Shown: positions 17,989 to 27,670, numbered from the stretch's first letter. The stretch is DNA of 64,000 nt from Myxococcales bacterium (GCA_016706225.1 JADJKB010000022.1:192689-256688), one strand, 5' to 3'. Translations and numbers: made by a program. Notes: a model not told the origin generated them from the sequence alone.

Positions 17989-18377
17989 GCGCGCGCCACG
18001 TGTTGACCATCTTGGCCGTTACGGATCTCGACCGCGCGAAGCGCTTCTACGCGACGGTGTTCGGCTGGCCGTGCTCGGTGGACGTGCCGGTGTACGTCGA
18101 GCTGGAGCTGCCGGGTGGCATGCGCCTGGGTCTCTATCAACGCGACGCCTTCGCTCACAACACCGGGCAGGTGCCCGAGCGCGTCGGCGACGGCCAGACC
18201 ACTGCCACCGAGCTGTACTTGCACTGTGACGATCCGCGCGCGCTCGCCGAGAAGCTCCGCGCCGCCGGCGCGCGAGAGTTGTCGGCTCTGGCCCCGCGAG
18301 CGTGGGGTGACACGGCCGCATACTTTGCGGACCCGGACGGCAACGTGGTGGTCGTGGCGTGCCCGAGCCAGGTGTAG
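17985..18377 (+). CDS. VOC (glyoxalase/bleomycin-resistance/dioxygenase) family protein
   Basis: LTILAVTDLDRAKRFYATVFGWP. 130 aa. ATGA overlap with the permease stop. Confidence 0.7.
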   Translation: MSARHVLTILAVTDLDRAKRFYATVFGWPCSVDVPVYVELELPGGMRLGLYQRDAFAHNTGQVPERVGDGQTTATELYLHCDDPRALAEKLRAAGARELSALAPRAWGDTAAYFADPDGNVVVVACPSQV

Positions 18378-18408
18378 CGGACGGGGACAGCGTGGTAGCG
18401 TCCGGGCC

Positions 18409-19395
18409 ATGAACGCACTGGCGATGACGACGATCGCGCTCGCTGGCGCGCTCAGCCTGGTCGGCTGCAAGAGCGATCCGAAGCCCGGCACCACGCCGGC
18501 GCCGAGCGCCTCCGCCCAGCGCGGCAGCGCCGACAGCCCGTGGGTCATCGGCATGAGCCAGTGCAACCTGGGTGAACCCTGGCGTGTGCAGATGAACGAT
18601 GACCTGAAGAAGGCCGCGGAGAAACAGCCCAACTTGAAGCTCGTGTTCAAGGACGCGCAGAACGACTCGCTCAGACAACGGGCTCAGGTCGAGGAGCTCG
18701 TCGGGCAAAACATCGACCTCTTGATCATCAGCCCCAAAGAGGCCGCCCCGCTGACCCAACCGGTTGCGGAGGCGTACAAGAAGAAGATCCCGGTCATCGT
18801 CCTCGATCGCGCCGTTCAGGGTGACGACTACACGAGCTTCATCGGCGCGGACAACGTGAAGATCGGCCGCGAAGCGGGCAAGTGGGCGGTGCAGGCCCTG
18901 GGCGGCAAGGGTCTGATCGTGGAGCTCAAGGGCCTCATGACCAGCACTCCGGGTCAGGACCGCCACAAGGGTTTCCGCGAAGGCCTCGAGTTCGACAAAC
19001 ACCCCGACCTGAAGGTCGTGTTCGAAGCGGACATGCAGTGGCTCGAGCCCAACGCGCGCAAAGAGATGGAGTCCGCGCTCACCACGCAGAAGAAGATCGA
19101 TCTGGTCTACGCCCACAACGATCCGGGTGCTCACGGCGCCTACCTCGCGGCCAAGGCCGCCGGCCGCGAGAAGGACATGAAGCTCATTGGCATCGACTCC
19201 CTGCCCCATGAGGGGGTCGAGTACGTGAAACAAGGGATCTTGGACGCGACGTTCCTCTACCCGACCGGGGGAGTGGAGGCGATCGACACCGCCCTCGCGA
19301 TCCTCGCTGGCAAGCCGGTGCCGAAGAAGATCGTGCTCGGCACCCGCGCATTCACCAAAGACAACGTCGCCAAAGGAGGCGAGGCGATCCCGTGA
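18409..19395 (+). CDS. sugar ABC transporter substrate-binding lipoprotein (RbsB-like)
   Basis: The ATG at 18409 gives the signal and lipobox LSLVGC. Periplasmic-binding-protein pattern: VIGMSQCNLGEPWRV, DLLIISP, IPVIVLDR. The longer listed ORF from 18115 overlaps the VOC gene. Confidence 0.85.
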   Translation: MNALAMTTIALAGALSLVGCKSDPKPGTTPAPSASAQRGSADSPWVIGMSQCNLGEPWRVQMNDDLKKAAEKQPNLKLVFKDAQNDSLRQRAQVEELVGQNIDLLIISPKEAAPLTQPVAEAYKKKIPVIVLDRAVQGDDYTSFIGADNVKIGREAGKWAVQALGGKGLIVELKGLMTSTPGQDRHKGFREGLEFDKHPDLKVVFEADMQWLEPNARKEMESALTTQKKIDLVYAHNDPGAHGAYLAAKAAGREKDMKLIGIDSLPHEGVEYVKQGILDATFLYPTGGVEAIDTALAILAGKPVPKKIVLGTRAFTKDNVAKGGEAIP

Positions 19396-20132
19396 AGGGT
19401 CCGGGTCTACTCGGGGTTCTTCTGGGGGCGCTCGTCTCCAGCTGTGGTCCCTACATCGACGAGGTGGTGAAGGAGCGCGGCGCCAAGGTCGAAGCCAAGC
19501 TGGTGCAGGTGCGCGCGCTCGGCGAGGAGCTGAATCGGACCCCACTGCTCACCCAGGACGAGCCGACGAAGGTCCAGGTAACACTGGGCATGGCCGCGGG
19601 CGGTTACCCCAGCGCAAAGATCACCGCGGCGCTCACCTACGCCGAAGATCTGCGCGACCTCGACGAGCTCGGACTGGTCTACGCGCGGGTCAACGAGAGC
19701 AGCCTCGTCAACCAGTGCGCGGCCAACGTGCACACCGAGCGCGAGCCTTGGGACCCGCTCTTTCCCAGCTCACCTCCGGCGTCGGGCACCGGTTATTCGG
19801 CAACGCGGCGCTTCGACGCTTGCGAGCGGCTGACGCATCTGTTCGTGCTGCGCACACGAGCCTTCGCGCGCCCCTCCCCCGGGCGGACCAACCCGGCGAC
19901 TCAGGGACAGGAGTTCGACGCTGGTTTCATCGACGTGGACGTGTTGATCTTCGATCTTGCAGAGAAGCGCCGGGTCGGCGGCCTCCGCGTCCAGGCCGAG
20001 AGTGACGTCAAGCTGGATGGCGCGACCGAGTTCAAGGTGGAGTTCGACCTGCAGTACAACCTCGAAAAAGCCATCGTCGCCAGCCTGAAGAAGAACGCGC
20101 CAAACGTGACGGTGGTCGGAGGACACAGCTGA
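19392..20132 (+). CDS. lipoprotein, unknown function
   Basis: GTGA overlap with the SBP stop. Signal and lipobox LLGALVSSC. High GC3. Confidence 0.6.
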   Translation: MKGPGLLGVLLGALVSSCGPYIDEVVKERGAKVEAKLVQVRALGEELNRTPLLTQDEPTKVQVTLGMAAGGYPSAKITAALTYAEDLRDLDELGLVYARVNESSLVNQCAANVHTEREPWDPLFPSSPPASGTGYSATRRFDACERLTHLFVLRTRAFARPSPGRTNPATQGQEFDAGFIDVDVLIFDLAEKRRVGGLRVQAESDVKLDGATEFKVEFDLQYNLEKAIVASLKKNAPNVTVVGGHS

Positions 20133-20758
20133 TGGCCGGTGACCACGACTGGCTGAGCGACGACGCCAAACAGCGAGTCGAACGCGCCATCGTCGAGCTC
20201 GAGCGTCAGACCTCGGCGGAGCTCGTGGTGACCGTGCGCCAGACCTCCGGCAGCTACCTGGCTCAAGATCTGCTGTTCGCGACGCTGATGGCAGGCATCG
20301 GACTGTGTCTCTACGCCTACCATCCGGCAGAGTTCACCGATGACCTGGTGCCGCCGGCGCTCGGTCTGCTGTTTGGGGCGAGCGCATTCTTTTGTGCTCA
20401 GGTGCCGGGACTCCGACGCCTCTTCGTTCGACCGTCGACGCTGCGGGACAACGTGCGGCGGGCGGCTCTGACCGCGTTCCACGAGCAGCGCATCGACGGC
20501 ACCAGCGGTCGCACCGGGATCTTGATCTACGTGTCGCTGTTCGAGCGGGTGGTCGAGGTCATCCCGGATACGGGCGTCGACGCAAGACGCCTGGGCACCG
20601 AGTTCGGCGAGGCAGTCGGCGAGATCGCCGCGGCCGTGCGGGGGGAAGGGCTGCTTCAGCTCACGCGCGGCATCTCGAAGCTGGCCCCCAGCCTCGCGCG
20701 GGTCTTGCCGCGCGCCGACGACGACGTGAACGAACTTCCGGACGGCGTGGTGTCATGA
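20132..20758 (+). CDS. TPM-domain-like membrane protein
   Basis: TGATG overlap with the upstream stop. The N-terminal DDAKQRVERAIVELERQTSAELVVTV resembles the start of TPM (DUF477) domains. Two hydrophobic helices follow, then GRTGILIYVSLFERVVEVIPDTG. Confidence 0.5.
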   Translation: MAGDHDWLSDDAKQRVERAIVELERQTSAELVVTVRQTSGSYLAQDLLFATLMAGIGLCLYAYHPAEFTDDLVPPALGLLFGASAFFCAQVPGLRRLFVRPSTLRDNVRRAALTAFHEQRIDGTSGRTGILIYVSLFERVVEVIPDTGVDARRLGTEFGEAVGEIAAAVRGEGLLQLTRGISKLAPSLARVLPRADDDVNELPDGVVS

Positions 20759-21309
20759 GAACCAGGCACTTGATTGCAGCGTTGGCGCTGTTCACGGCCC
20801 TTTCGGACGCACAGCTCGCCGACGCCCGCCCCGGCGGAGGCAGCTCGTTCAAGGGTTCGTCCTCTTCGTCCTCACGGTCGTCCTCCTCTTCGTCGTCGTC
20901 GCGTTCGTCCTCTTCGTCCGGCTCGACCCGCAGCTCGAGTGGGTCCAGCTCGCGCTCATCCTCTGGAAGCGGCAGCTCGCCCGCCCCCGCACCCGTCTAC
21001 ACCTACCGGGTCGGCGATCCCAAAGCTCGTGCCACGGTCTGGCAGCTCGGCGCACCATCGCTCTTCGGTGTCGCGCCGGCACGCCCCGAGGTGACCCGCA
21101 TCCGCGGCAACAACGAGCGTGAGGCCACCGTCATCGGCTTCGGGCTTTCTCGGCTTCGTCGGCCTGATTGCCACCGGCATGCTCGGGCTCGGCGGTGTGT
21201 TGTTCCTGCGCTGGCTGCGCAAACCCAAGGGCTGGACCACGGCCACGCCCCCGAGCTCACAGTCGGTGACCTCCAAGCGGACGCTGCTCGAGGCGCTGAA
21301 GGAGACTGA
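20755..21309 (+). CDS. secreted Ser-rich ORF, probably the N-terminal part of the downstream Tim44-like gene (one-nt frame change near 21145)
   Basis: ATGA overlap with the upstream stop. Signal peptide MRTRHLIAALALFTALSDAQLADA, then GGGSSFKGSSSS... The high-GC3 signal of this frame stops near 21144. The nominal frame runs on to 21309 with poor GC3. Confidence 0.4.
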   Translation: MRTRHLIAALALFTALSDAQLADARPGGGSSFKGSSSSSSRSSSSSSSSRSSSSSGSTRSSSGSSSRSSSGSGSSPAPAPVYTYRVGDPKARATVWQLGAPSLFGVAPARPEVTRIRGNNEREATVIGFGLSRLRRPDCHRHARARRCVVPALAAQTQGLDHGHAPELTVGDLQADAARGAEGD

Positions 21310-22429
21310 CCCCGACTTCTCCATCGTTGCGTTCGAGGACTTCGCATACGCACTGTATGCAGAGGCTCACACCGCCCGCGGCGCCGGCCGACTCGACACA
21401 CTCGCTCCCTACCTGCGCACGCCCGCGCGGAACGTGTTGGCCGAGCTCGGACAACACCCGCTCAGCACCGTGGTCGTCGGCTCGCTGAGTTACGCCGGCG
21501 TGCACATCTCGGCGACCGAAGCCATGGTGGAGCTCGACATCGAAGCGAACTACACCGAGCATCCTGCCGGCGAAGAGCCGATCAGCTACTGGGTCGCCGA
21601 GAGCTGGGAGCTGGAGCGCAAGGCAGGCGCCAAGAGCCGCCCGCCCGAGCGGGTCCGCATGTTCGTCTGCCCGAGCTGCGGCGCACCCCTCGATCGCGTG
21701 GTCGGCGGCAGCTGCGGATACTGTCAGGCCGTCGTCGACACCGGGGCCTTCGACTGGGTCGTCAGTGATGTGACGGTACTCGAGCGCCAGATCCGCCCCC
21801 CGATGCTGACGGGCACGACCGAAGAGACGGGAACGGATCAGGCGACGCGGATCGACGCCGGGCTGTCACCGGCTGTGGCTCAATTGTGCGGGCGAGATCC
21901 GGCCTTCCACCAGGACACACTGTTCGCCAGAATCGGGCTGATCTTCGACACCATGCAGGTCGCCTGGTCGTCGCTGGCGTGGGAAAAGGCCCGGCCGTTC
22001 TTGAGTGACAACCTCTGGACCGCGCAGACCTACTGGATCGACGCCTACCGGCGTTCGGGTCTGCGCAACATGATGGACGAGCCGCGCATCCATCGACTGG
22101 AGTTGGCGCGCGTGACGAGCGACCGCTGGTTCGACGCCATCACCGTGCGCCTGTTCGCCAGCGGGCGCGATTACACCATTCAAGACAAGGACGGCGCCGT
22201 GGTAGGCGGCGACAAGCGCAAGACGCGCGAGTTCAGCGAGTACTGGACTCTGATCCGTGCGAGCGGCGCCAAGGGCCCCGCCCGCACTGACCCCGTCTGC
22301 CCGAGCTGCGGGGCACCTCTCGACGTCAACGCCGCGGGCCACTGCGGGCACTGCCAGGTCAAGCTGACGTCCGGACAGTTCGACTGGGTGCTCTCCCGCA
22401 TCGAACAAGACGAAGTCTACGAAGGATGA
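21119..22429 (+). CDS. Tim44-like domain protein with two [Tim44-like + zinc-ribbon] modules
   Basis: TM helix FLGFVGLIATGMLGLGGVLFL. Two DPxF...AW Tim44-like segments, each followed by CPSCGAPLD...CG(Y/H)CQ...FDWV. GC3 in this frame is high only from about 21143. Confidence 0.7.
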   Translation: MRPPSSASGFLGFVGLIATGMLGLGGVLFLRWLRKPKGWTTATPPSSQSVTSKRTLLEALKETDPDFSIVAFEDFAYALYAEAHTARGAGRLDTLAPYLRTPARNVLAELGQHPLSTVVVGSLSYAGVHISATEAMVELDIEANYTEHPAGEEPISYWVAESWELERKAGAKSRPPERVRMFVCPSCGAPLDRVVGGSCGYCQAVVDTGAFDWVVSDVTVLERQIRPPMLTGTTEETGTDQATRIDAGLSPAVAQLCGRDPAFHQDTLFARIGLIFDTMQVAWSSLAWEKARPFLSDNLWTAQTYWIDAYRRSGLRNMMDEPRIHRLELARVTSDRWFDAITVRLFASGRDYTIQDKDGAVVGGDKRKTREFSEYWTLIRASGAKGPARTDPVCPSCGAPLDVNAAGHCGHCQVKLTSGQFDWVLSRIEQDEVYEG

Positions 22430-22473
22430 AAGTGGAGTTGCGCTTCCCCCTCGCCGCTGTCAGGGTTCGCGCC

Positions 22474-23535
22474 ATGCGCGGCTCGAACGCTGTGGTTTTT
22501 CCCCTGCTGGCTCTGGGTTTTGGGTTCGTGGCCTGTGCCACTGCCGGAGGCGCGGGCGGCGGCGATGGCGGCGCTGCGGGTTCGGCCGGGCTCGGTGGCT
22601 CGACCAGCGGAGGGGGCGGCTCCGGCGGCATCTTGCTCGACGCGCCAAGTGACGGGCCGGGGGGAGGCGCCACGCTCGTGTACGCCCACACCGACACGAC
22701 GCTATTTCAGATCGACCCCACGGCTGCGGCCCCGGAGCTGAAACAGCTCGGCAACTTCGACTGCGTCAGCGGCAACGGGCAAGACCCGGCGATGACCGAC
22801 GTGGCGGTGAACAAAGACGCAAAACTGTTTGGCATCAGCCACACTCAGGTTCACGAGCTCTCGGTCGCGAACCAAGTCGTGCAGTGTACCAATTCGATTT
22901 CGCTGAACGTGGGCGTCGACGTGAAGTTCTACGCGCTCACCTTCGCGCCCGTTGGCGTCATTTCGCCAACGGAAGAGGTGCTCGTCGCGGGCAACACCGC
23001 CGGTGAGCTGTGGGCCATCGACGCCAAGGGAGATCTCTCGCAGCGCGGGGTGTTCGGTGACGTGCCCACCAGCGACGGCAACGGGCACGTCTACCCAGCG
23101 GCGAACCAAGGCAAGCCCTGGGAGCTGTCCGGCGACATCGTGTTCGTGGAAAACGGCGGCAACCCCATCGGCTTCGCCACCGTGCGCGACTGCCCCAACC
23201 CGCCGGCCACGAGCGGCTGCAGCACCACCGACACCCTGATCGAGATCGACGTCTCGAAGCTGGACAAAGCCTCGATTTTGCCGGTGACCAAGGCCGTCCG
23301 CGGCCAGATCGTCAAGCGGGCGGGCTGCTCGGACACCGTCAACACGGCCTACGGCAGCATGTACGGCATCACAACCTGGGGTGACCGCGTCTACGGTTTC
23401 TCGCGCAGCGGCAACCTGGTCGAGATCGACACCAACGACGGCAGTGCCTGTCTCCTGTCCAGCTTCCCGGGCGCGGATTTCGGCGGCGCGGGTGTGACTA
23501 CCAAGGCCGTCGTGATCCCTCCTCCGCCCAAGTGA
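22474..23535 (+). CDS. lipoprotein with Gly-rich linker, unknown function
   Basis: The ATG at 22474 gives MRGSNAVVFPLLALGFGFVAC followed by a GGAGGGDGG linker. Confidence 0.6.
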   Translation: MRGSNAVVFPLLALGFGFVACATAGGAGGGDGGAAGSAGLGGSTSGGGGSGGILLDAPSDGPGGGATLVYAHTDTTLFQIDPTAAAPELKQLGNFDCVSGNGQDPAMTDVAVNKDAKLFGISHTQVHELSVANQVVQCTNSISLNVGVDVKFYALTFAPVGVISPTEEVLVAGNTAGELWAIDAKGDLSQRGVFGDVPTSDGNGHVYPAANQGKPWELSGDIVFVENGGNPIGFATVRDCPNPPATSGCSTTDTLIEIDVSKLDKASILPVTKAVRGQIVKRAGCSDTVNTAYGSMYGITTWGDRVYGFSRSGNLVEIDTNDGSACLLSSFPGADFGGAGVTTKAVVIPPPPK

Positions 23536-23619
23536 AATTTCGCAGGCCGCGGACCGCTGGTGCCCTGGGCGTTCAAGGGTACTATGCGCCGGCGCCCGCG
23601 CGGCGCACGGAGGCCAAAC

Positions 23620-25140
23620 ATGGCAAAGAAGGTCGCAGTCTTCTGGCCCGGTGATGGGCGCCCTCGCCCCAACGAGCTCGCACTCCCCAACGTGGAAGCG
23701 GCAACGCGGAAGCTCGAGGCAGCGATCAAGAAGGTAGGGCGCACCCCGTACCGCATCGAAGGTTTTCTCACCAAACCCCACGAGTCGATCGAGAAGCTCG
23801 GGCCGGTGACGGATCCGATGATCGGCATGTTCGCGCACTGGGTGTTCGGACCCCACACCACCGACGGTGTCGTCGGCAAAGACAACCCCTTGCTGCTTGC
23901 GTCCAACTTCAGCGGTCAGTGGCCGGGGCTGGTTGGTCTGCTCAACACCGGCGCCTGTCTCGAGGCTCTCGACCGGCCGCACTCGCGCATCTGGACCTCC
24001 GGCGAAGAGTTCACGGACGACGAGGCGTTCATGCAACACCTGGACGAGTGGTGCACGACGGGGCAGGTCAAGTACTCCGAGGCCGCCCTCTCGAGTCACG
24101 CAGCAGTGAGCCCTGACGCGTCGGCCCGCGCTCTGAGAGTGGCGGACGGGATCCGTGCGCGGCGACCGCTGCTGATGATGCTCGGCGACACCAGCATGGG
24201 CATGACCAACGGCTACTTCGGGCCTCGACTCTTGTCACGACACGGCTTCTCCGAGCACAAGATCGACCAGGCGTGGATCATCGATCGCGGGCGCGCGGTG
24301 AGCGACCGACGCATCGACGACGCGGAGCGTTTTGTGAAAGACAAGGGCGTGCGCTTTCATCACGGGGAGGCGAACGCCGCAGACTTCGACGAACGTGCCA
24401 CCCGCGAGCAGCTCCGCGACTACCTGGCTGTCCTCGACATGCTCGGTGAATACAAGGCCGACTGTCTCGGCTGGCAGTACCAGCTCGGACTCATCCCACT
24501 GCGACCTCCCAGTGATTTCGCCGAGGGTTTGTTCAACTCGACCTGTCGACCCGAGTCGAATGGCGACACCATTGCGTGTGCGACGGAAGCAGACCAGGGC
24601 AACGCCGTGCCGATGGAGCTGCTGAAGCGCCTGCTGAAAGACAAGGGGCTGCACCAGGCGGTGATGTTCCACGACGTGCGCTGGGGGGCCGAGCATGCCG
24701 GTCGCTTTTTGTGGGTGCTGCTCAACAGCGGCTCGTGCGGCGCGTTCGCGTTCAACCACGACCCGGACACACTGGCCGGCGTGCACAGTTATCGCCAACC
24801 GGCGGCCTACTTCCCGACCCCCGGCGGGACCTTTGCCGGAGAGAGCCTGCCGGGAGCGATCACCTGGGCCCGGGCGTATCTCAAACGCGGCGAGCTGTGG
24901 ATGGATGTCGGCCGCGGCGAGGTCGTGAAGCTCCCGCCAGAAGTGCGCGACGCTTGGTGGAACGGCACCACGCGCGAGTGGCCCTTCATGGCCGCCGACC
25001 TGGGGATCTCCCGCGACGACTTGATGGCTCACTACCTTTCGAATCACGTGGCCGTCGCCTACGGCGACGTCTTCGGCGAGATGGTGGCGCTGAGCCAGGA
25101 GCTCGGGTTCAAGCTGCGAATCGTGTCATCGAGGCGCTGA
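23620..25140 (+). CDS. L-fucose / L-arabinose isomerase-family protein (putative sugar isomerase)
   Basis: ATG with GGAGG 8 nt upstream. The overall pattern (KKVAVFWPGDGRP..., ATEADQGNA, SNHVAVAYGDVFGEMVALSQELG) resembles COG2407-type isomerases. This is recalled by eye and not verified. Confidence 0.5.
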   Translation: MAKKVAVFWPGDGRPRPNELALPNVEAATRKLEAAIKKVGRTPYRIEGFLTKPHESIEKLGPVTDPMIGMFAHWVFGPHTTDGVVGKDNPLLLASNFSGQWPGLVGLLNTGACLEALDRPHSRIWTSGEEFTDDEAFMQHLDEWCTTGQVKYSEAALSSHAAVSPDASARALRVADGIRARRPLLMMLGDTSMGMTNGYFGPRLLSRHGFSEHKIDQAWIIDRGRAVSDRRIDDAERFVKDKGVRFHHGEANAADFDERATREQLRDYLAVLDMLGEYKADCLGWQYQLGLIPLRPPSDFAEGLFNSTCRPESNGDTIACATEADQGNAVPMELLKRLLKDKGLHQAVMFHDVRWGAEHAGRFLWVLLNSGSCGAFAFNHDPDTLAGVHSYRQPAAYFPTPGGTFAGESLPGAITWARAYLKRGELWMDVGRGEVVKLPPEVRDAWWNGTTREWPFMAADLGISRDDLMAHYLSNHVAVAYGDVFGEMVALSQELGFKLRIVSSRR

Positions 25141-25190
25141 ACCCGCCTTTCCTTCGAGTCTGGACCGCGAATTTCGGCAGGCGCGTCGAG

Positions 25191-25204
25191 TTTGGCTAAT
25201 ATGC
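25191..25204 (+). promoter_or_regulatory. TTTGGCTAAT-A-TGC motif, candidate -10 region upstream of the response-regulator gene
   Basis: This is the second copy of the 14-mer seen at 15446-15459. TAATAT lies at 25197-25202, 13 nt before the ATG at 25216. Confidence 0.3.
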
Positions 25205-25215
25205 TGCGTCGTTAG

Positions 25216-25995
25216 ATGCCTTCCGAGTCCGGACCCCGTTCGAAGAACAGCATGCCGGTCTCGGCGCGCAATCCGGACGCGCTCGATGTGCTGGTCGTGG
25301 ACGATGACCCGCGCTGGCGCGAGTACTCGTCCGATCCCTTTCTCAAGCGGGGTGACCGTGTGCGCGCAGTGGCGGACGGGCTCGAGGCGCTGTCCATGTG
25401 TGTCGCCGATCCACCGGACGTGATCCTCACCGACGTCAACATGCCTCGCATGGATGGCTGGCAGCTCTTGCGCATGATTCGGGCGCGACCGAACCTGGGC
25501 GGAGTGCCCGTGGTCTTCCTGACCTCGCTCGACGGAGACGAGGAGCGGCTCAAGGGTTACCAGCTGGGCGTGGATGCTTACATCCCGAAGCCGTTTCACC
25601 CGGACGAGCTGCTCATGCGAGTGCACCGCGTGGTGCGACGGCGACGTCAGGCCGCCGAGGCCGAGACCGCCGGCACGCTGCGAGGTGACCTCGACAATGT
25701 CTCGCCGTCCTCCCTGCTCTCGTTCCTCGCAGTGGAGCGCAAGACCGGGATCTTGCTCTTGGTCGGCGAACGCGTGGCACGCTTGTTCATGCGTGAAGGC
25801 CGCGCGCTGCGAGTCGAGATTGAAGGTGCGAATGTCGGGCTCTCGTCCCGAGACGCGCTGATGGACCTGCTGGACTGGCAGACAGGGCAGTTCGAGTTCA
25901 CGGCGGAACGCGTCGGCGGCGTCGACGAGATCCGTGCCGCAATCTCCGCCCTCGTGCTCGACCACGCGCGGATCCAGGACGAGCGCGACCGCTGA
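25216..25995 (+). CDS. response regulator, REC domain plus DUF4388 (PATAN-like) C-terminal domain
   Basis: VLVVDDD, ILTDVNMPRMDG and IPKPF form the receiver domain. The C-terminal LRGDLDNVSPSSLLSFLAVERKTGILLL matches the DUF4388 pattern. An alternative start is at 25252. Confidence 0.85.
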   Translation: MPSESGPRSKNSMPVSARNPDALDVLVVDDDPRWREYSSDPFLKRGDRVRAVADGLEALSMCVADPPDVILTDVNMPRMDGWQLLRMIRARPNLGGVPVVFLTSLDGDEERLKGYQLGVDAYIPKPFHPDELLMRVHRVVRRRRQAAEAETAGTLRGDLDNVSPSSLLSFLAVERKTGILLLVGERVARLFMREGRALRVEIEGANVGLSSRDALMDLLDWQTGQFEFTAERVGGVDEIRAAISALVLDHARIQDERDR

Positions 25996-25998
25996 GCT

Positions 25999-27603
25999 TC
26001 ACGCGACCACTTCCCGAGGCACGGGACTCCGCTCGCGTCCCCCGCCGTTGCGCACCCGCAGCGTGAGAATGAAGGTGCTGCCCCGTGGTTCGGCGACCTC
26101 ACACCAGGCGCGTCCACCGTGGGCCTCCGCGATGTGTTTTACCAACGCGAGACCGATGCCGCTGCCGCGGATCTGCTTCGACTGCGTGCCACGACCGCGC
26201 TCGAAACGCTCGAAAATGCGCTTGCGGTCCTCGGGCAAGATCCCCGCGCCCGAATCGGTGACCCGGATCTCGATGTGTGCGGGGGTCGGGTGCGCTGCGA
26301 TCAGGACTCGTTCGCCGTCCGGAGCATACTTGATGGCGTTGTCGATCAAGTTGATGATGGCGATCTCGATGGCGCCCTCGTCGATTTCGGTCGTCGGCAG
26401 ATCATCAGAGACCTCGAGCACGAGCTCGATTTGCTCGCGCTGCGCCCGGATCCGGCAAGCCTCGACGGCCCGCGACACCACGTCTTTCACGTTGGCCGGC
26501 GCAAACTGATAGGCGGCCTTGCCGCGCTCGACCTTGGCAAAGTCCAGCACGTTCTCGATCAGCGATCCGAGGCGTTCGCTCTCCGACACGATGATCTGCA
26601 GGTACTGCTGGCGCTTTTCATCGTTCTCCACGCGCCCGCTCTGCAACAGCTCGCCGAACATGCGCACCAAGGACAGTGGGGTCTTCAGCTCGTGGGAGAC
26701 GTTGGCGACGAAATCACTCTTCAGGTTGGAGAGCTTGCGTTCACGGGCTGCCGCGACGAGCACGACCGTCAGACCGACCAGCACCACCAGCCAGGAGGTG
26801 CCGACGAGGGCCATCTCCAGCGAGCGACGCCGTGCCACGGCCGCCGTGAGCTCCGCAGCGCTGACCAGGGTCACGTTCACTTGCCACTTGTAGAGGGTGG
26901 TCTCGAAGCGGCGTCCGAGCGTGAAGCTACCGCGGCTCAGGTTCGGCCCGAAGACGATGCGAGAGCTCTCGTCGACCACGTTCAGGCGGGCGTTCTGATC
27001 ACGCTCCGCATACAGAGTCGGGAACAGATCGTGAACGACGCGGGGCACATCGTGCCAGGCGACCAACAGGTAGTCCCTACCCCGGACCTCGCGCTGCCAG
27101 TAGCTGAGCAGGTGACTCTGGCCGGCCACCGTCTTGTGGAGGTGGCGCAGCTGACCGCGCGGTTCCCCGAGCTCGAGGTCGGGCAGCAGCTCCCGAACGA
27201 AGAGTCGGCGCTCGGCCTCTGCGTCGAGCGCCGGGACGCGGGACGCGAAGGCCACGACCTCGCGTTGTTTGGAGTCGAGGTCCACGAGGAACACGTTGCT
27301 GATGGTCGGGGTCTGGCGCGCGGCGACGGACAGCCAGGTCGCGCCGAAATCGCCGCGGTCGGTCACGTCGACCAGGGACAAGACCGCGTTGTCTTGTTCG
27401 ATGATGCGTTTGTCCAGACGGTCGGCTTTTTCGTTGGCGAGAGTCAGGGTCGCTTCGACGACGGACTGCTCGCGCAGTTTCTCGAGCTGAAAGCTGTTGC
27501 GAAAGGTGACGCCCAGGAGCACGACCACGGCGAACACCAAGGCCGGAACGAAGAAGAACGTGAGCACACGCTCGCGTCGGGTTCGGACGGCCATCTCCGG
27601 CAA
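25999..27603 (-). CDS. sensor histidine kinase
   Basis: Two TM segments flank a sensor region of about 220 aa. H-box FVANVSHELKTPL. N and G boxes LIDNAIKYAP, TDSGAGI, GSGIGLALV. Confidence 0.9.
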   Translation of the reverse strand: MPEMAVRTRRERVLTFFFVPALVFAVVVLLGVTFRNSFQLEKLREQSVVEATLTLANEKADRLDKRIIEQDNAVLSLVDVTDRGDFGATWLSVAARQTPTISNVFLVDLDSKQREVVAFASRVPALDAEAERRLFVRELLPDLELGEPRGQLRHLHKTVAGQSHLLSYWQREVRGRDYLLVAWHDVPRVVHDLFPTLYAERDQNARLNVVDESSRIVFGPNLSRGSFTLGRRFETTLYKWQVNVTLVSAAELTAAVARRRSLEMALVGTSWLVVLVGLTVVLVAAARERKLSNLKSDFVANVSHELKTPLSLVRMFGELLQSGRVENDEKRQQYLQIIVSESERLGSLIENVLDFAKVERGKAAYQFAPANVKDVVSRAVEACRIRAQREQIELVLEVSDDLPTTEIDEGAIEIAIINLIDNAIKYAPDGERVLIAAHPTPAHIEIRVTDSGAGILPEDRKRIFERFERGRGTQSKQIRGSGIGLALVKHIAEAHGGRAWCEVAEPRGSTFILTLRVRNGGGRERSPVPREVVA

Positions 27604-27670
27604 ACATACCCGAACTCGGAGCCGAGGCGCGGCTCAGGGCTTCCGAAGGAGGGGCAGCGGCCCCCGAAAC

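Noticed and set aside
23550-23580. Sigma-54 type promoter (TGGTGCCCTGGGCG) upstream of the isomerase-like gene
   Set aside because: The GG and GC dinucleotide spacing is off by two positions relative to the TGGCAC-N5-TTGC consensus.
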